64,000 bases of DNA from Lytechinus pictus (taxonomy: Eukaryota), in assembly GCF_037042905.1 (NCBI RefSeq), contig NC_087254.1, forward strand, positions 4,340,001-4,404,000, in the 5' to 3' direction. Numbering within the stretch: position 1 is the stretch's first letter; every line of letters starts with the position of its first letter. The notes under the pieces are model-generated. The model worked only from the letters and a program-made list of their open reading frames with translations. It was not told where the DNA came from and did not search any database. The translations under genes were made by a program, and so were the position numbers. Shown in pieces: positions 24,298-37,605 of this stretch.

Positions 24298-24471
24298 TAA
24301 ATGTGCTACTCAAAATTCTGTCATCGCCTTGGTCTTAATCAATTGGTAGGCCTATTAGTTTTCGACCTGGGCTTATCCCATCAGTCATACATGTCAAGCC
24401 AGGCACCATTTATTACATTTTTCGTCGAAATAAAGGAGCAAATATTCCAATATTAATGAGAGCACAGCTCT

Positions 24472-24772
24472 GGGAGCGTTGTGGACCAGTGGACTAGTCT
24501 CCGGACTTGAAACATAGGGCCGTGGGTTCAAATCCTAGCCATGGCGTAGTTTCCTTCAGCAAGAAATTTATCCACATTGTGCTGCACTCATGCAACCCAG
24601 GTGAGGTGAATGGGTACCTGGCAGGAATTTATTCCTTGAAATGCCGAGCGCTGGAAAGGCTGCTTGAGCTACAGCCGGGGTAATAATATCCAAGTCCTTT
24701 GGAAGCGCATAGAGACGTTATTCATAATGAGTTATGCGCTGTACAAGAGCTGACTATTATTACTATTATTAT
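24472..24772 (+). mobile_element. tRNA-derived SINE
   Basis: A/B-box-like head (TGGACCAGTGG; GGTTCAAATCC), central CCCAGGTG..AATGGGTACC domain, L2-like 3' end with (TAT)n tail. Confidence 0.8.
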
Positions 24773-25758
24773 TTTTAACATAAAATGACAAATCAAGAAC
24801 AGGTGTATCAAAATACTTTTACAATTATAGGGATGTACACTCTACAAGCTTTTTAGTATTCCTTTAGTTCCATAACACAATAAGAAACAATCAGACAATA
24901 TCAAATAATCATTGGAGATAAATTCAATTTTTAACTCGTTTATCAAATTGTTTAAATTGTGTGATATGGCATTAATAAGATCTATTTATACTCCTTCTTT
25001 CTTGTAAATCTATCATTTATGTTTTGTTTCTTGTTGTTGGAATGAAATAAAGTCATTAATTGTGAATCAAACACGAAATTGATATTTTCTGCTTTGATCA
25101 TTCTTAAATAAAGCACTGCACACAAACCAATATAATGGAAAGGATTACTAGTATTCTTGGATAACTGAGGTTTTGTTATTCTAAAGAGGATTAAAAAAGT
25201 CCACAGAAATGTATACAAAAGAGGATTGAGAAAGACCTCAAACCACAGAAATATATTCATCGGGCTAAAAGATAACAATAGTAATGAAATATCGAAATAT
25301 ACAACAAAAAATAGAACACTACTAGAATAATCGCTTAAAATAGCAAGTGTGTTGATGGATATATTTCTTAACTTCAGTGCATAGGCCTAATTCTTGATGA
25401 GACTCCTCTTCATGCTCTTTGGAGGGGGGGGGGGGGGGTTCAAACAACTATCACCGAACACATGGAAGTTTTAAGATGCTATTCCCATAGTGAGTTGGCG
25501 AGGTGTGCCATATTGCCAAGTGACTTCATTACCTTATCATGTCGATCTAGTAACTTTGTATAAGTTGGAATGACGGCCTTGCCAATTCGTGGTCTTAACA
25601 GTTGCACAAACTACATGTATATCTACATGGCAAGTTGAACAGTTAAACCTGACAAACCCTTTCATCGAGTCATTAATAAGTTGTTTTTTTAAGAGAGGCA
25701 ATTATAATTTCCCAATTTTTCTCTCTTCGTATTTTATTTTATTTCTGCTTTCTTATAG

Positions 25759-25852
25759 TTTGATGTGTGTGAGTCAACCAGAAAGCTACTCCGAGACACC
25801 AATATATTGTTGAATCAGATAGTTGACCAAAAGTCGAGCTGCCTAATAACAG
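25759..25852 (+). CDS. FReD lectin exon 2 (short coiled-coil/Cys linker)
   Basis: Acceptor TTTCTTATAG|; FDVCESTRKLLRDTNILLNQIVDQKSSCLIT; donor ACAG|GTATAT. Phase 0 to 1 bridges exons 1 and 3 exactly. Confidence 0.65.
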
Positions 25853-26613
25853 GTATATTTTTTATCATTATTATCCCCTTTTTTTTGGGGGGGGGGGTGG
25901 GAGCAGGGGCTTGAAAATGATTTTTTAAGGGGGTGCTTGTTTGTAAACAAGCCACCCCCTCCCCAAAAAAGTTTTCACTCTAAAATGAAGTTGATTCTTA
26001 TTGAAAATAATGACAGGCAGAAAAAAATCCTTCCAAACCACCAACCTATTTTCCAGGGGGTGCTGCCTGTGGGGTCTAACATACGTAGCTCCCCCTAGAA
26101 AAATAATCCTAGCACAGCCTCTTCCCAGGGTCATGGGGGGGGGGCTGTCTATCTATAGATTCTACCCGACTATCCTATATTAGTATTAGTCACTGACTAG
26201 GGTTATTATTAATTATTGTATGCTGTTTATATTAGCATAACACCAAATATTTTTCTCCTCTAAATTGCGAATTTAAAGCTCAAAATACTGCATCTCTTAC
26301 TTTTTGAAGGCGTTAGAACGGCAATGAGTAACCATCAAAGCGTATTTAAATATCAGGAATATTTCGATTAGCAAGCTTGATTAAATACCTTCATTCATTT
26401 TCGGATAAATCCCCCAAAATATACGACTTATGCGTAATTATCAGTTATTAGGCCCACTAATATTAGTTAACGTAGCTGAAATAGTGCGGAATTAGTGATT
26501 TAATTTTGGGTATTTCTCTGTCATTTTTTTTTAAAGATTTATATTCAGCAAAGTAGATTAAAAAAGAAGCAATTTTGAATACCATCTCTTATCTATCATG
26601 ATTGTATACGTAG

Positions 26614-26846
26614 CATTTGAGGATGTGACATCTTTCAAAGATTCTCTGGATAAGGTTATCGACTTGTTCAAGAGCGCATCGGGAGCTTCGTCTACGCTTC
26701 CATTTTGTCCGAATCGACCAAGGGACTGTCATGACGTCAAATTGGCTGGGTCGTTGAGGAGTGGACGATATGTTGTCTTTCCAGATGAGGACTTCGATCC
26801 GTTTTATGTCTTTTGTGATATGGATACTGACGGAGGAGGCTGGACT
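26614..26846 (+). CDS. FReD lectin exon 3 (start of the fibrinogen C-terminal domain)
   Basis: PRDCHDV...SGRY...PFYVFCDMDTDGGGWT; donor ACT|GTGAGT. Confidence 0.9.
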
Positions 26847-28086
26847 GTGAGTTTCCTATTTTATTTATTTTGCTCGCAACTCCATCTTATTCACTGGTGT
26901 ACGAGGGGGGGGGGGGGGGGGCTTGGGGACCATGCCCCCTCCCAAACGCGACCCAAACCTACCACCCCCCAAAAAAAATAGGGAGAAAAGAGAGAAAGGA
27001 AAGGAAAGGAGGTGAGACACACTTTTATTTTCTGAATATTATGTCAAAATCTAATACAAAATTAGATTTTTATATAAAAAAGGTCAAGATGTTTGCTTTG
27101 CTCGTTTCGCTTGTTCTGAATTTCAAAGAAAGTTTGCCACTAACAACATCCTGTGCCCCTAATTCTTTTTATCCATTACGCCATTAAAAATCTTATTGTT
27201 GATTCAAACACATTGATTGTATTATTTTATTCAATTCCATCAAAACAGTCAAACAAAATTTATAAAAAAATTGCGATTAAATATTTCATAGATAAGATAA
27301 TACAACGCTCCTCAATTCATATATCACTTTAATGCACAATTATAGGCCTATAAACATGACTCGTATATAACATATAAAAAAACAATGACATGGGTTATTG
27401 TAAAATGATCAAGTCAATCATTAAAAGTGTGTCCTGTCCAACCTGTTCTTTTTCGTAGAAGGCAATATACTTTTAACGGGTCTTAAAAATAAGAATTAAA
27501 AAAAAAAAATTAAATGCGCATGCACGTTAATTACCTCGCATCTCAATCACCCACGCAATCTTACACTCGCACACACCGGACGCATACACACCCACGTGCA
27601 TTTGGATCACACACACACACCCACATATTTCCGGACATAAAATCCTGTTCCTTGAGATTGATACGGGACTGGAGTCTCTCCTTATTTTTTTATTTAAATG
27701 CACCACACAGCATGCACATTAGGCATGTCATGGACCTACTTCAACCACCCACATTCTATGCGCACACATCTAAAAAATGAAAATCCGTTTACACTATACC
27801 GTTTACAACTTCACCATGTTCACATTGTTCCGGTTTGAAAACCTAAGTAAGTATGTAAGACATAATATAGACGGATTTCAATGTATCTTAAATTCAATTA
27901 TTTAAGATAATCAAAATTAAACTGTATCTAAAGTTGATAATATCCATTGAGTTTCGAAGATCATACATTGTCTCTGATATTATTTGTGAGTTGCTAATGT
28001 CGATCGAGAAATTGATTCAAATTTATATTTATCTATATGGAATCTTTAAAATGCCAGATACCTGATGAGATGGTGAGTATATCTTG

Positions 28087-28569
28087 CACTCTAAAACATA
28101 TAGGCCCGTATTCTGATAGCAGGCTTAACTTAAACTCAGGTTTAAAGTTGTGGTTTTATTGTTACATACTCACTAACAGTATAAATATTATACTTCAGCT
28201 CACCTGGCTCTCAAATCATTCATGATTGTCTAGGAAGTATAAACAGATGATTGTCTTCACAATCGATGAATCAGGAAAGAGCACAGTAAACACAAGAAAC
28301 ATACAACTTATAAAAAATTTTGATACTTTTGGCTTCCCATACTTAGACTACAACTTTAAACCTGAGGTTAAGTTAAACCTGACTATAGAATATGGGCCAT
28401 TGGGTAGAAAGGGAACATGCATGTTTGCTGGGTATTTTTCTTTTACCCCATGTAGGGCTATTTCAACGCAACATTGCGTGAAATTTACAAACTATTTGGT
28501 TTCTTTTTACCCAACCAACATGCATGTTCCCATTTTCCCCAATATTGGGTAAACCTTTCTTTTAGAGTG
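28087..28569. mobile_element. CACTA/EnSpm-like MITE with a nested Harbinger-like MITE (28103-28398)
   Basis: CACTCTAAAA...TTTTAGAGTG with 2-bp TSD TG; inner TIR GGCCCGTATTCT. Confidence 0.7.
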
Positions 28570-28812
28570 TGCTATATTGGCTTATTAGCCTTATATCGAC
28601 ATATATAACAAGTTAAATGTCGTCATTGTGAGATGTTTAATAGATTTCGATGTCGAAACTATTCATGACATCAAGTATATTTTAATTGTCGACATGTCGA
28701 CATAATTTATTAAGGCTTGTCGAAATGGCAAGATAAGATATCTCGACGACATCTCATCAAGGAGGCGATACTTTAAACCTTAACTCTGTAATTCCATTCT
28801 GTATCTATATAG

Positions 28813-29074
28813 GTGTTTCAACGGAGGGAGGATGGCAGCACCAATTTCTTTCGGACATGGATCGAGTACCACTACGGCTTTGGCCAGCTGTCTGGAGAAC
28901 ACTGGTTGGGCAACAGCAAGCTTCATCGTCTGACATCGCAGAGATCGTACGAACTACGGGTCGATCTCGAGGATTTTGAAGGGGAGAAGTCGTATGCTTC
29001 GTACGATCATTTTGCGGTAGAGGACGAACGCGATGGATACAGACTGAGCCTCAGGGGGTTCAATGGAACAGCAG
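28813..29074 (+). CDS. FReD lectin exon 4
   Basis: Acceptor ATAG|GTG; VFQRREDGSTNFFRTWIEYHYGFG...EHWLGN...ELRVDLEDFEG...GTA; donor GCAG|GTATAA. Confidence 0.93.
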
Positions 29075-32000
29075 GTATAAGATCAATCACCCCCTCTCTC
29101 TCCCTCGGTCTCTCTCTCTATATCTCTCTCACACACACACACCCTCACATACACACACCCACACCCGCTCGCATCCTCTTTACCTCATTCAGTCTCATCC
29201 AGAATTATTTTTAAATGCATAATAATTAATTTCGACCCCATTTTGCTTCGGACCTTTTTGAGTATTAAAAACTGAACAAATCAAGAGCCAAGGCAAAATT
29301 AATCACAGATAATAATGATATATATGTAGGGCCTATAGTGCAGGGCTTAAATATTTATTTTCATGACGCTAATTGATGATATTTAAACACAATACCTGGT
29401 TAACAATCGAAAATTGCATATTGAAATTATACAAAACAAAACAAATCATAAGTCACTTAATTTAAATAGTCGGAATATGTAGTCTAAAGTCCCTGTACAT
29501 GACTTGTACACAGAAGATCCCTCAAGACTGAAACAGCCAATTACAATCGGACAGACAAAACAATGAATCTAATATTTTCATCAAATCAGACCAGGAATAA
29601 CAAAGTTATGACATTCTAAAGCTTTTTATTAGTTCGATGTAACAGTTCTACGCAAGTCTTCGTGAATATGGAATGAGCAAGCTGGTGATGTCATATTCCC
29701 ACTCTTCTTTTATGTATAATCACATTTATTCTAATTTTGTCCTAGAAATGAGACCAATTGGATTGACTATACTAATGTGATGACTATACTAATGTGATGT
29801 GTATCATAATCATTGATGCAACCTTTTTTGTTTTACAAGGTAGTATACCCTTCACTACACACAAAGTAAGAAAATTTTACTCATTATTATCTTGGCCTAT
29901 TTTCTTTTAGCGGACGGTGCCTTAAAACGCTTTTGTTTGCCGTTAGCATGATTTGTCTGTACAATATCGCGAGGTATTGCAAAATTCTAAAATAACGATA
30001 AATATATTGAATGGCTATATTTAATGGGATACCAGAAATATTCCCCCCGGGGGAGGGGGGGGGGGCTACTCGAATTATAACATGACACCGACGTGCCACA
30101 TCAAAGTCGAAAATAGGGGGCTCTGGAACTAAATCTTGGTCATAAAATGGAGGTCTCTGGAACGGCTCTTGGATCAACGATTGCTAAAAATACAATGGTC
30201 TGGAACTGACCACATTAAAATCTCCAGAACGTAGGTAACGGCTAGCGCTATAGCGGCAGTGTAAAAGCACGAAATCACGAGAAACCACGAATTTGAGGGT
30301 ACTTGAAACGGGAAAAAATAAGAAATTCGATGGCTTTCTGGATTGGTGATGCTCTGGAACGGAAAGTTAGGCTGAAAATGGGGGTCACGATCGCGGCAAA
30401 TACGTATCATACATTATTTTATACTAAGTAGCCCCCCCCCCCCGCATTATTCCACTCGGAAGCGCCATATTGCGCTCATCTACGATCCATGCATTATTGG
30501 AATATTTCTAGTATTCCATTATGATCCTTCCGATATAATACATATATCGGGTATAAAGGGGTGTATGTTTGATAGATGATATTTGGTCTCAGATTTTGTT
30601 ACATAAATGTTACGTAGGGGAATTTTAATCTAATATGAATTTCGCACATCTGTATATGGTTTCACCAAATAACCCATAAAATATAATGTAGATATCTCGA
30701 TTCGTATCCAAATATTTGGTAATCATATTGTTTTCGATTTTGCTTAGTCGAACATACAATATTCTATTAGCAGACATGAATCGATATACTCAACCATAAT
30801 TTGCGGGAAACACAACTCCCGTCTGATCACAATAATCATCACTGGCGTACAGATGAGTGTGCGTGAAGGCCATGACCTCCCCCCCCCCCCCCTCCCCGAA
30901 AAAAAAAAGTTTCACCACCAAGAAAAAAAATGAGAGAAAGAAAGAAAAGAAAAGGGAACATGGGGAATAAGTGTGGTTTTACATTATTTTCTGAATATTA
31001 CTTCGAAATCTACCCCCTAATTCGATTTTCGTTTTAAAAATGTCACAGATTTTGCTTGCTCGCATCTTTTTAGCACTTTATTTATTGCGCCATCATCTGG
31101 CCCCTCGATTTTTTGTACTCATCACGCTGCTGATAATCATGATAGTCATGATATAAAATGTGAATGCTAAAAGTGATCAACCTGTTCTTCTCGACATGCT
31201 GATGAATCACAGGGTCTATTACTATGTCAACACTAACGATTATACAACAACCTTAGGGAAAGAAACACAGATCATCTATTTTCTTCCAACATTGTTTGTT
31301 ATTGAATTGACTAGGACACAGGGACAATTAAAGAATAGCCTATATTAAGTAAAGTGTTATGCTGCCAGTGGATATTTTATAAAATTGTTCGTTGATTTGA
31401 TAACAGTAATAGTAATATTCTGCTTTTCCATATTTTTTGTAACACTCAATAAACCATTTCATATTTAGAGTGTATAATTAATGCATAATCAGTTCATATC
31501 TAACTCTGATGTGCCCATGCGAACTGGCAGTCTTTATGCTCCTTTTTAATATCCAAAGCGACCTTGAGTACATTTCCGGTAGGGAAATTAAGAAATTGGT
31601 GTATTTGCAGTGATGAGATTGATTTGACATTTCACAACTTTGGAAAGCCAGCATCGCCCAGCATCTATATAACCATGTCAGTTAACATATAACTATGGTT
31701 TATATTCCATGCGCACATAATTTTCTTGACAAATCATTGTGCTTCTCTACGTTTGCCAATGGACATTTTGTGCTATTCATGTATGGAGAATTATGATATT
31801 GTTGGATTTCCATAAGTCTTGATAGTTGTGATTGATCAGATCAACTCTTTGTAAGAAGGACCCTGGTCGACCTCTCTAAGCCATTTACAGAAAATTATGA
31901 TATTGTTGGATTTCCATAGTTGATAGTTGTGATTGATCAAATCAATTACAACTCTTTATAAGAAGGACCCTGGTCGACGTCTCAAAAGGCGCTTTACATA

Positions 32001-32574
32001 TATAATTGTACATCAATAAATCAATTTGACATCTGGAAGGAACTACAGCTTTGGGATTACCCACTGGCAGTTCAGATGGTCTTTCCAAAGATCCAAGAAA
32101 CAGTTCTCAATTGACCTTTCTAAGTCATGACTCTCGGCTAAAGACGAGATCGTGAAGACAACATCACAAGTGGCTACATTGTCATAATTATTTGATAGCG
32201 TAACAATCACATATCTTACACCCTAGACCCCATGAGCAATACAAGAAAGAATTATCCGCGTCTAACAAAAAACGGAAAGACAAGACAAGAGGATATAATA
32301 GGCATGTACTAACAACATTGTGAGAACTTCGGTAACATTGATTTAAGAATTGCAGATTCTTTAATGGGATGCTGCAAGAAATTACGTTCAAATTCTGGAT
32401 TCGTTTCAAGAAGGATGCGCAATTGTAATTGAACGCGAATCAACTACAAATTTGTGTTTAACCAAAGGATTAACGTTTGAAGTCGGGGACTTTATTCTGG
32501 ATTCGGAACTGAATAAATTCCTTGCTACACACGATAAGACTTGCAATCAGTTGTCTTCACTGATTGTATTTTAT

Positions 32575-33753
32575 TTATGACAGTCGGCACTGCCTGAAGT
32601 GCCTCATCACCCTCACACATTCCTTTCGAAAGTTTTCATTACAGAAACTGTAAACGAATGGATTGACGGCCTGATTGATGTTGACCATGAATGTTGAAAG
32701 ATAGAAGATGTTATACTGAACTTGGTTGTTTGTCGTGATTTTGGTTCTTGACTGGAGAACCCATAGCTTGGCTGGTACCCAGCTCACAAAGAATATTATG
32801 GTGATGATGAAGATCATCTTGGTGGTCTTGTTGCTTGCCCTTGCTTGCATCGGTGTCTTGCCCGGCTTACTGTTGGATTTTGGCTTTGGGTCGGGTTTTA
32901 GTGATATCTCTCCAAAAGAGCTTCCTTCATCCGATCCCTTTGCTCCAGAGGAGTCTCCGTTGTTCGGACCACTGACGATGGTGATGACACCGTTTGCTGT
33001 CGTTCCTGTGTTTTCTGTTTTGCAGTCACTAAGGTTTACATTGTCCGTTGTGTCAGGTTTAGATACAGTAGATGTCTCTGCGGTTTGCTCTGATTTAGAT
33101 ACCTGACCGGAAACGGTAGTAATGCTCGAGGGAACGCATCCAATCTTTGCCCTGGTCCTGCGGTAAACTGCCAACCAGATCCTACTATACATGAAGATGA
33201 TCATCACCAGGGTTCCATAGAAGAGAGCATCATTGCTGTCATGCAAAACCCAGGTGAATGCACGGGGAGATACCTTCATGTTAGACAAATTGTAGGTACA
33301 CCTTGAAGCGAAGACACCAAATTTCTGGACTCCTGTCCACACCAACGTTGGTATGGCGAAGACCATAGCTAGGGCACATAGAAGCGACACAATGATGGTA
33401 GCTTGCCTCGGTGACAGTCTCTTCTTCAAGGGTTTACAAACCGCGATGTACCGATCAATGGTGATGATTCCTGTCAGGAAAACCCCAACGAATTGAGTCC
33501 AGTACTGCGTAAAGTACATCGTCTTACACAGGAAGTCGTTGGTGAACTCCGTCGTCACATAGGAGTAGATTTTGAGCGGGAAAGTCAGGCAGGCTACAAA
33601 ATCAGTGATAGCGAGCCCCAAGATGAAAGCATCCGTTCCCGACTTCCGCTGCTTCTTCGAGTACACGATGATGATGAGAGCATTGCCAGGGATTCCTACA
33701 GCCATGATAACTGCACGAATCAACGCACCAAGGATATATCGCAAGGCCAACAT
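32575..33753 (-). CDS. Intronless rhodopsin-like (class A) GPCR, copy B, 392 aa, nested antisense in FReD intron 4
   Basis: Same 7TM motifs as copy A (GN, LAITD, DRY, SWVP, NPFVY); intact ORF. Confidence 0.93.
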   Translation of the reverse strand: MLALRYILGALIRAVIMAVGIPGNALIIIVYSKKQRKSGTDAFILGLAITDFVACLTFPLKIYSYVTTEFTNDFLCKTMYFTQYWTQFVGVFLTGIITIDRYIAVCKPLKKRLSPRQATIIVSLLCALAMVFAIPTLVWTGVQKFGVFASRCTYNLSNMKVSPRAFTWVLHDSNDALFYGTLVMIIFMYSRIWLAVYRRTRAKIGCVPSSITTVSGQVSKSEQTAETSTVSKPDTTDNVNLSDCKTENTGTTANGVITIVSGPNNGDSSGAKGSDEGSSFGEISLKPDPKPKSNSKPGKTPMQARASNKTTKMIFIITIIFFVSWVPAKLWVLQSRTKITTNNQVQYNIFYLSTFMVNINQAVNPFVYSFCNENFRKECVRVMRHFRQCRLS

Positions 33754-33852
33754 GATTAGAAGCGATTGACAAGAATGTTAAAGCTCTTGAGATTATTGTG
33801 GAAACTTAGTGGAGATATTCAACTCCTTTGAGTCACTCGATGGTAAAGCTCC

Positions 33853-33893
33853 GCTGAATTAGATCTATGTCGGATCGTCAGCCGCTTTATATA
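33853..33893 (-). promoter_or_regulatory. TATA box and putative initiator of GPCR copy B
   Basis: Minus-strand TATATAAAG at 33893-33885 and ATTCAGC ~30 bp downstream, as in copy A. Confidence 0.55.
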
Positions 33894-34186
33894 GGTTTAT
33901 ACGGCACTTTAGATTATGAATCTCTTAACATCAAATCATTTCCGCTTTTCAGAAAGAAGCGTGTTTCATTACTTTCTTGCAGTCAAGCAGACACTGATTA
34001 CTCATTTAACACATTCGGGAGCTATTTAATCTTGTGCATGCTTTGGATGAGTTGCTATTATTTTTTTTAATTCTAATATTCCAATCTTAATAAATCTAAC
34101 TTCCATTAAAAAACCACAATTCACATGCACCTATATTCTAAGATATCAGAATAATATATCTTTCGCAAGCAAGTTTGAGCGCTAGA

Positions 34187-34452
34187 CAGTGGCGTACCTA
34201 GGATTTTCCAAAGGGGGTCAAATTCTCCCGCCAAAAAAAAAAAAAGGTCTTCAACCACAAATAAAGATACAGGACATTTCGCACCAGAATAAAATTGACA
34301 AGAAAAAAAAAAGGTCTTCAAGTTCAAAGGAGGGGCCCACTTAGCTCGTCAGGGATCAGTTTTGACTCGTCAGGGGGCAGAGATACGTCCCTTGCATGTG
34401 TTGTGACTCGTCAGGGGGGGGCAGTCTGCCCCCCCCCTTAGGTACGCTAATG
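34187..34452. mobile_element. hAT-like MITE upstream of GPCR copy B
   Basis: TIR CAGTGGCGTACCTA / TAGGTACGCTAATG; 8-bp TSD GCGCTAGA; empty site at 9433-9440 in arm A. Confidence 0.8.
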
Positions 34453-35284
34453 GCGCTAGATCTAGACCGGAGAGTTCATGGAAGAATAAAAGATTAAAGA
34501 AATAGAGAGAACAAACCGAGCCTGTATATCTTTGGATAGCTGGTAGTCATTTTCGAAAGGACTTGCAGTAATGGTAATTACTTTGAGATTTACCACCATA
34601 GAAACCTTGATTGTGATTGGCTGCTGAGCCCTATCATGGTTGGTGTCATGTAACTTTATGAAACGGGCCCCCTGATTTGCATACATTCATTATTACACAT
34701 TTTATGGCAATTAATAAAGAGAGGTCAAAGGTCACCACCAATTGAAGCATTTTCATCTCAACAAAATTCTGGTAAGCAAAGAAAAAAAAAGGGGATCAAA
34801 ATGCTGCCAGGGACCCGACTCGTTGTCAAATGGGGTAAGTGTTGCCTAGAGCAACTTCGACAAAAAATATGAGAAAAGTCAGCCTCGTGGACCCTCGGTC
34901 CCGTGAGAAGATCCCCATTAAACCTATTTGGGCGGAAATCTCTCCCCAAAGGTAGGGGGACCAGTGGTGAAAATTTTGACAAGCGAAAAAGAAGAAGGAC
35001 TGAAAAAAAGGTTATCCCTTTCAAGGGGGAGACACTTGGGGCAATAACGGTTTTTTCTATCAAATTTTGTTTATACTAAGGCTCTCAAAAGGCTCTCAAA
35101 AGGTGGGCATGGTGGGGGGGGGGGCACGAGTCGGCTTTTTTACATCATAAGAGACCACAAATAGTAGGGGGGGGGGGGCATGTGATATTGTGCCCCCCTT
35201 TAATTCCAAATGGTAGGGAGGACGTCCCCCTGCATGGGATCCGCCCATGATTAAACCAACTTCTCGGGTCCTTTAATTTTCTAG

Positions 35285-35538
35285 GTGACTCGCTTTTATA
35301 CCACCATGGTCAACCCTTTTCGACACGTGACAGAGACGACGACGCATCAAAGGGCAACTGTGCCAAGCTCTACTCAGGGGCGTGGTGGTTTCAAAGGTGC
35401 CACTTCTCCAACCTCAATGGCAAGTATTACGAAGGCGGGAAGTTATCCTCCAAGGGCACTGCTTGGTACCACTGGAAGAACACTTACTACTCCGTCAAGC
35501 GGTCCGAGATGAAGATACGACCTACAGCAGACAACTGA
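35285..35538 (+). CDS. FReD lectin exon 5 (ficolin/MFAP4/tachylectin-5-like C-terminus; full protein 311 aa)
   Basis: Acceptor TTTCTAG|GT; GDSLLYHHGQPFSTRDRDDD...NCA...GAWWFQRCHFSNLNGKY...WYHWK...SEMKIRP; TGA 35536-35538. This frame is missing from the ORF track. Confidence 0.93.
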
Positions 35539-37030
35539 AGCATGCTGGCGGCTCAGTGGAAGACCGCCACCACATGAACGGGAGGTGATATATCAGGCGC
35601 AAAGTTGGACTTTTACGGGGTTCTCATTTTTGGCGCGATGTAGCTGTTGTCGATTTCAAACAATTCTTTAGAAATTGGCTTGATTTGTTACTTCTTATAT
35701 AAAGAATTCCGTAGTCTATTTTCCCTTTTCTTCCCCTCACTTTTTAAGGAAACGCAATAGATAATCAATGAATATAAATGTATATATAATTATATTGAAT
35801 GAGGTGATCTCATTCTCTCAGTTTTCCTTTTCCCCGGGCGTACTATTTCCTTTATTTCATTCCTTGTTTTCATTAAAAAAAAATCCTGCATTAGGGTCGC
35901 AATCTGCAGGCGTGATGCAGGATTTCGTAGGGGGCCTAATAAGAAGTCACAATAGCAGATTTTGGTGCCTAGGACTGCCTAGTACAACGCGTCAAGAATA
36001 CCCCCATTATGTGCTGATCTACCTTTTGCTAATTAGACTGAGGAGGGGGGGGGGGGGGGCTGGAAAAATTCCACTCATTCCCATTTATTTCCTGATCGGC
36101 AGATCGAAAAGGGTTTTTTTAATGTGAAGGGGTATTCCCAAGGACGGAAGTTAAAGTAATTCGTAAGTTTTTTTTTACAAGCAAGATACTTTTTGTAACC
36201 ATAAACATAAAGGTTTCTAACTATTAATGCAAGCGCGAGCAGAAAATCTTAGAAATCCCTAAATGAAAACTGGATATTCTCACCACTTTTTGTCAACATA
36301 ACAGGATGGTGTCTAAATAGGCGCGAGCTGAAAATTTTTGATATTCCAACAAGAAAACTGAAAATTCTAAGCCTTTTTCGTAACTATTTAGCGAACGCGA
36401 AGCGTAAGTTTCATTTTGAAAAATTCTATCACAAAAACTGGACATTATCAGCACTTTTGTAACCATGACTAAACAATTGATGCGAGCGCGAGCTGAATTT
36501 TTATATATTCAGACCTAAATATGCACCACCCTTTTCTCCCTCTCTCTTCCCTTTGCCTCCCTTTTTCCACTCTAATAATTTCTATTAAAAATTTTATCAT
36601 TATCGTTATCATTACAATTATTATCTTAATTACTTTCCATTTTTTGTTGTCGCTTATTCGCTCTATTTTGGTATTTTGTAGATTATGTATATTAATTTCG
36701 TTTTCCGTCCGTCTCTTGTATATAGGTTATGTTAGTTAGTATTGGAACTAAGTTTAGGGACTTGCCTTTTTTTTTACAACCAAGGCTAAGCTAAATGTCA
36801 TAACTCTGAAAGTATAGGATTTAAACTGGGTTCAAAATGAAACTGACCAAACTTTAAAAGGGCACTGCACAAATTCCACTCAGTCAAAATGAACAGTATT
36901 TTTACACAGGCTAGCTTGGAATGTGATTTTCTAGTGAATTAAGACACCATCCTCCAAACTACTTTTTGTTAAACTCTATTTCCATTGCCTTTACTCTGTC
37001 ATGCATGTGCATCTATACACTAGTCAATGT

Positions 37031-37379
37031 GGAAGCGTTGTGGTGTAGCGGTTCTGACTCTCGCCTTGTAATCAGAGGGTCGTGTGTTCGAATCCCACCA
37101 TGGCCTAGCGTCCTTTGGCAAGGCGTTAATCCACACTTTGCCACTCTCCACCCAGGTGTTAAATGGGTACCCGGTAGGATGTGAAAGCCTATATGTAGTA
37201 TGCCTAGCAATTGAGTCTTGGAACTCTTGTTGGAATGCTCCCCAGGGAGTGGAGAAGGTGCATACATTGTATGCGGGCATGCAAGGATCCGATGACCGGG
37301 GTAATAATATGTCTGTAAAGCGCTTAGAGACGTCGTTCCGATGTATTAAGCGCTATATAAATGCTGAATATTATTATTA
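37031..37379 (+). mobile_element. tRNA-derived SINE
   Basis: A box TGGTGTAGCGG, B box GTTCGAATCCC, central CACCCAGGTGTTAAATGGGTACC, 3' AAGCGC..GAGAC...GCGCTATATAA and (TAT)n tail. Confidence 0.85.
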
Positions 37380-37605
37380 ATGTTGCATCAAACAATCATA
37401 CAATAAATGAGAATGCTTTCGGGAATTAATAATTGTTGCGACTGATGTGACTGACATGAATTTATTTTTAACTTTGTGACATTAAGAATTACATAATAAA
37501 TAAATGACCCCTTGACTCGTTGTTTGAAGTCAAGGTTTCATTACATCAAAATGTGAATGACATGACGTTTTAGTGTGTTCATGATAGGTGTCAAATTAGG
37601 GATTC

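Larger units (their letters stand above)
31465..34580 (-). repeat. Arm B of the inverted segmental duplication, inside FReD intron 4
   Basis: Reverse complement of ~9280-12085, with an extra hAT-like insertion. Confidence 0.85.

Noticed and set aside
37040-37100. tRNA gene
   Set aside because: The tRNA-like head continues into a SINE body and (TAT)n tail; the same applies at 24472.
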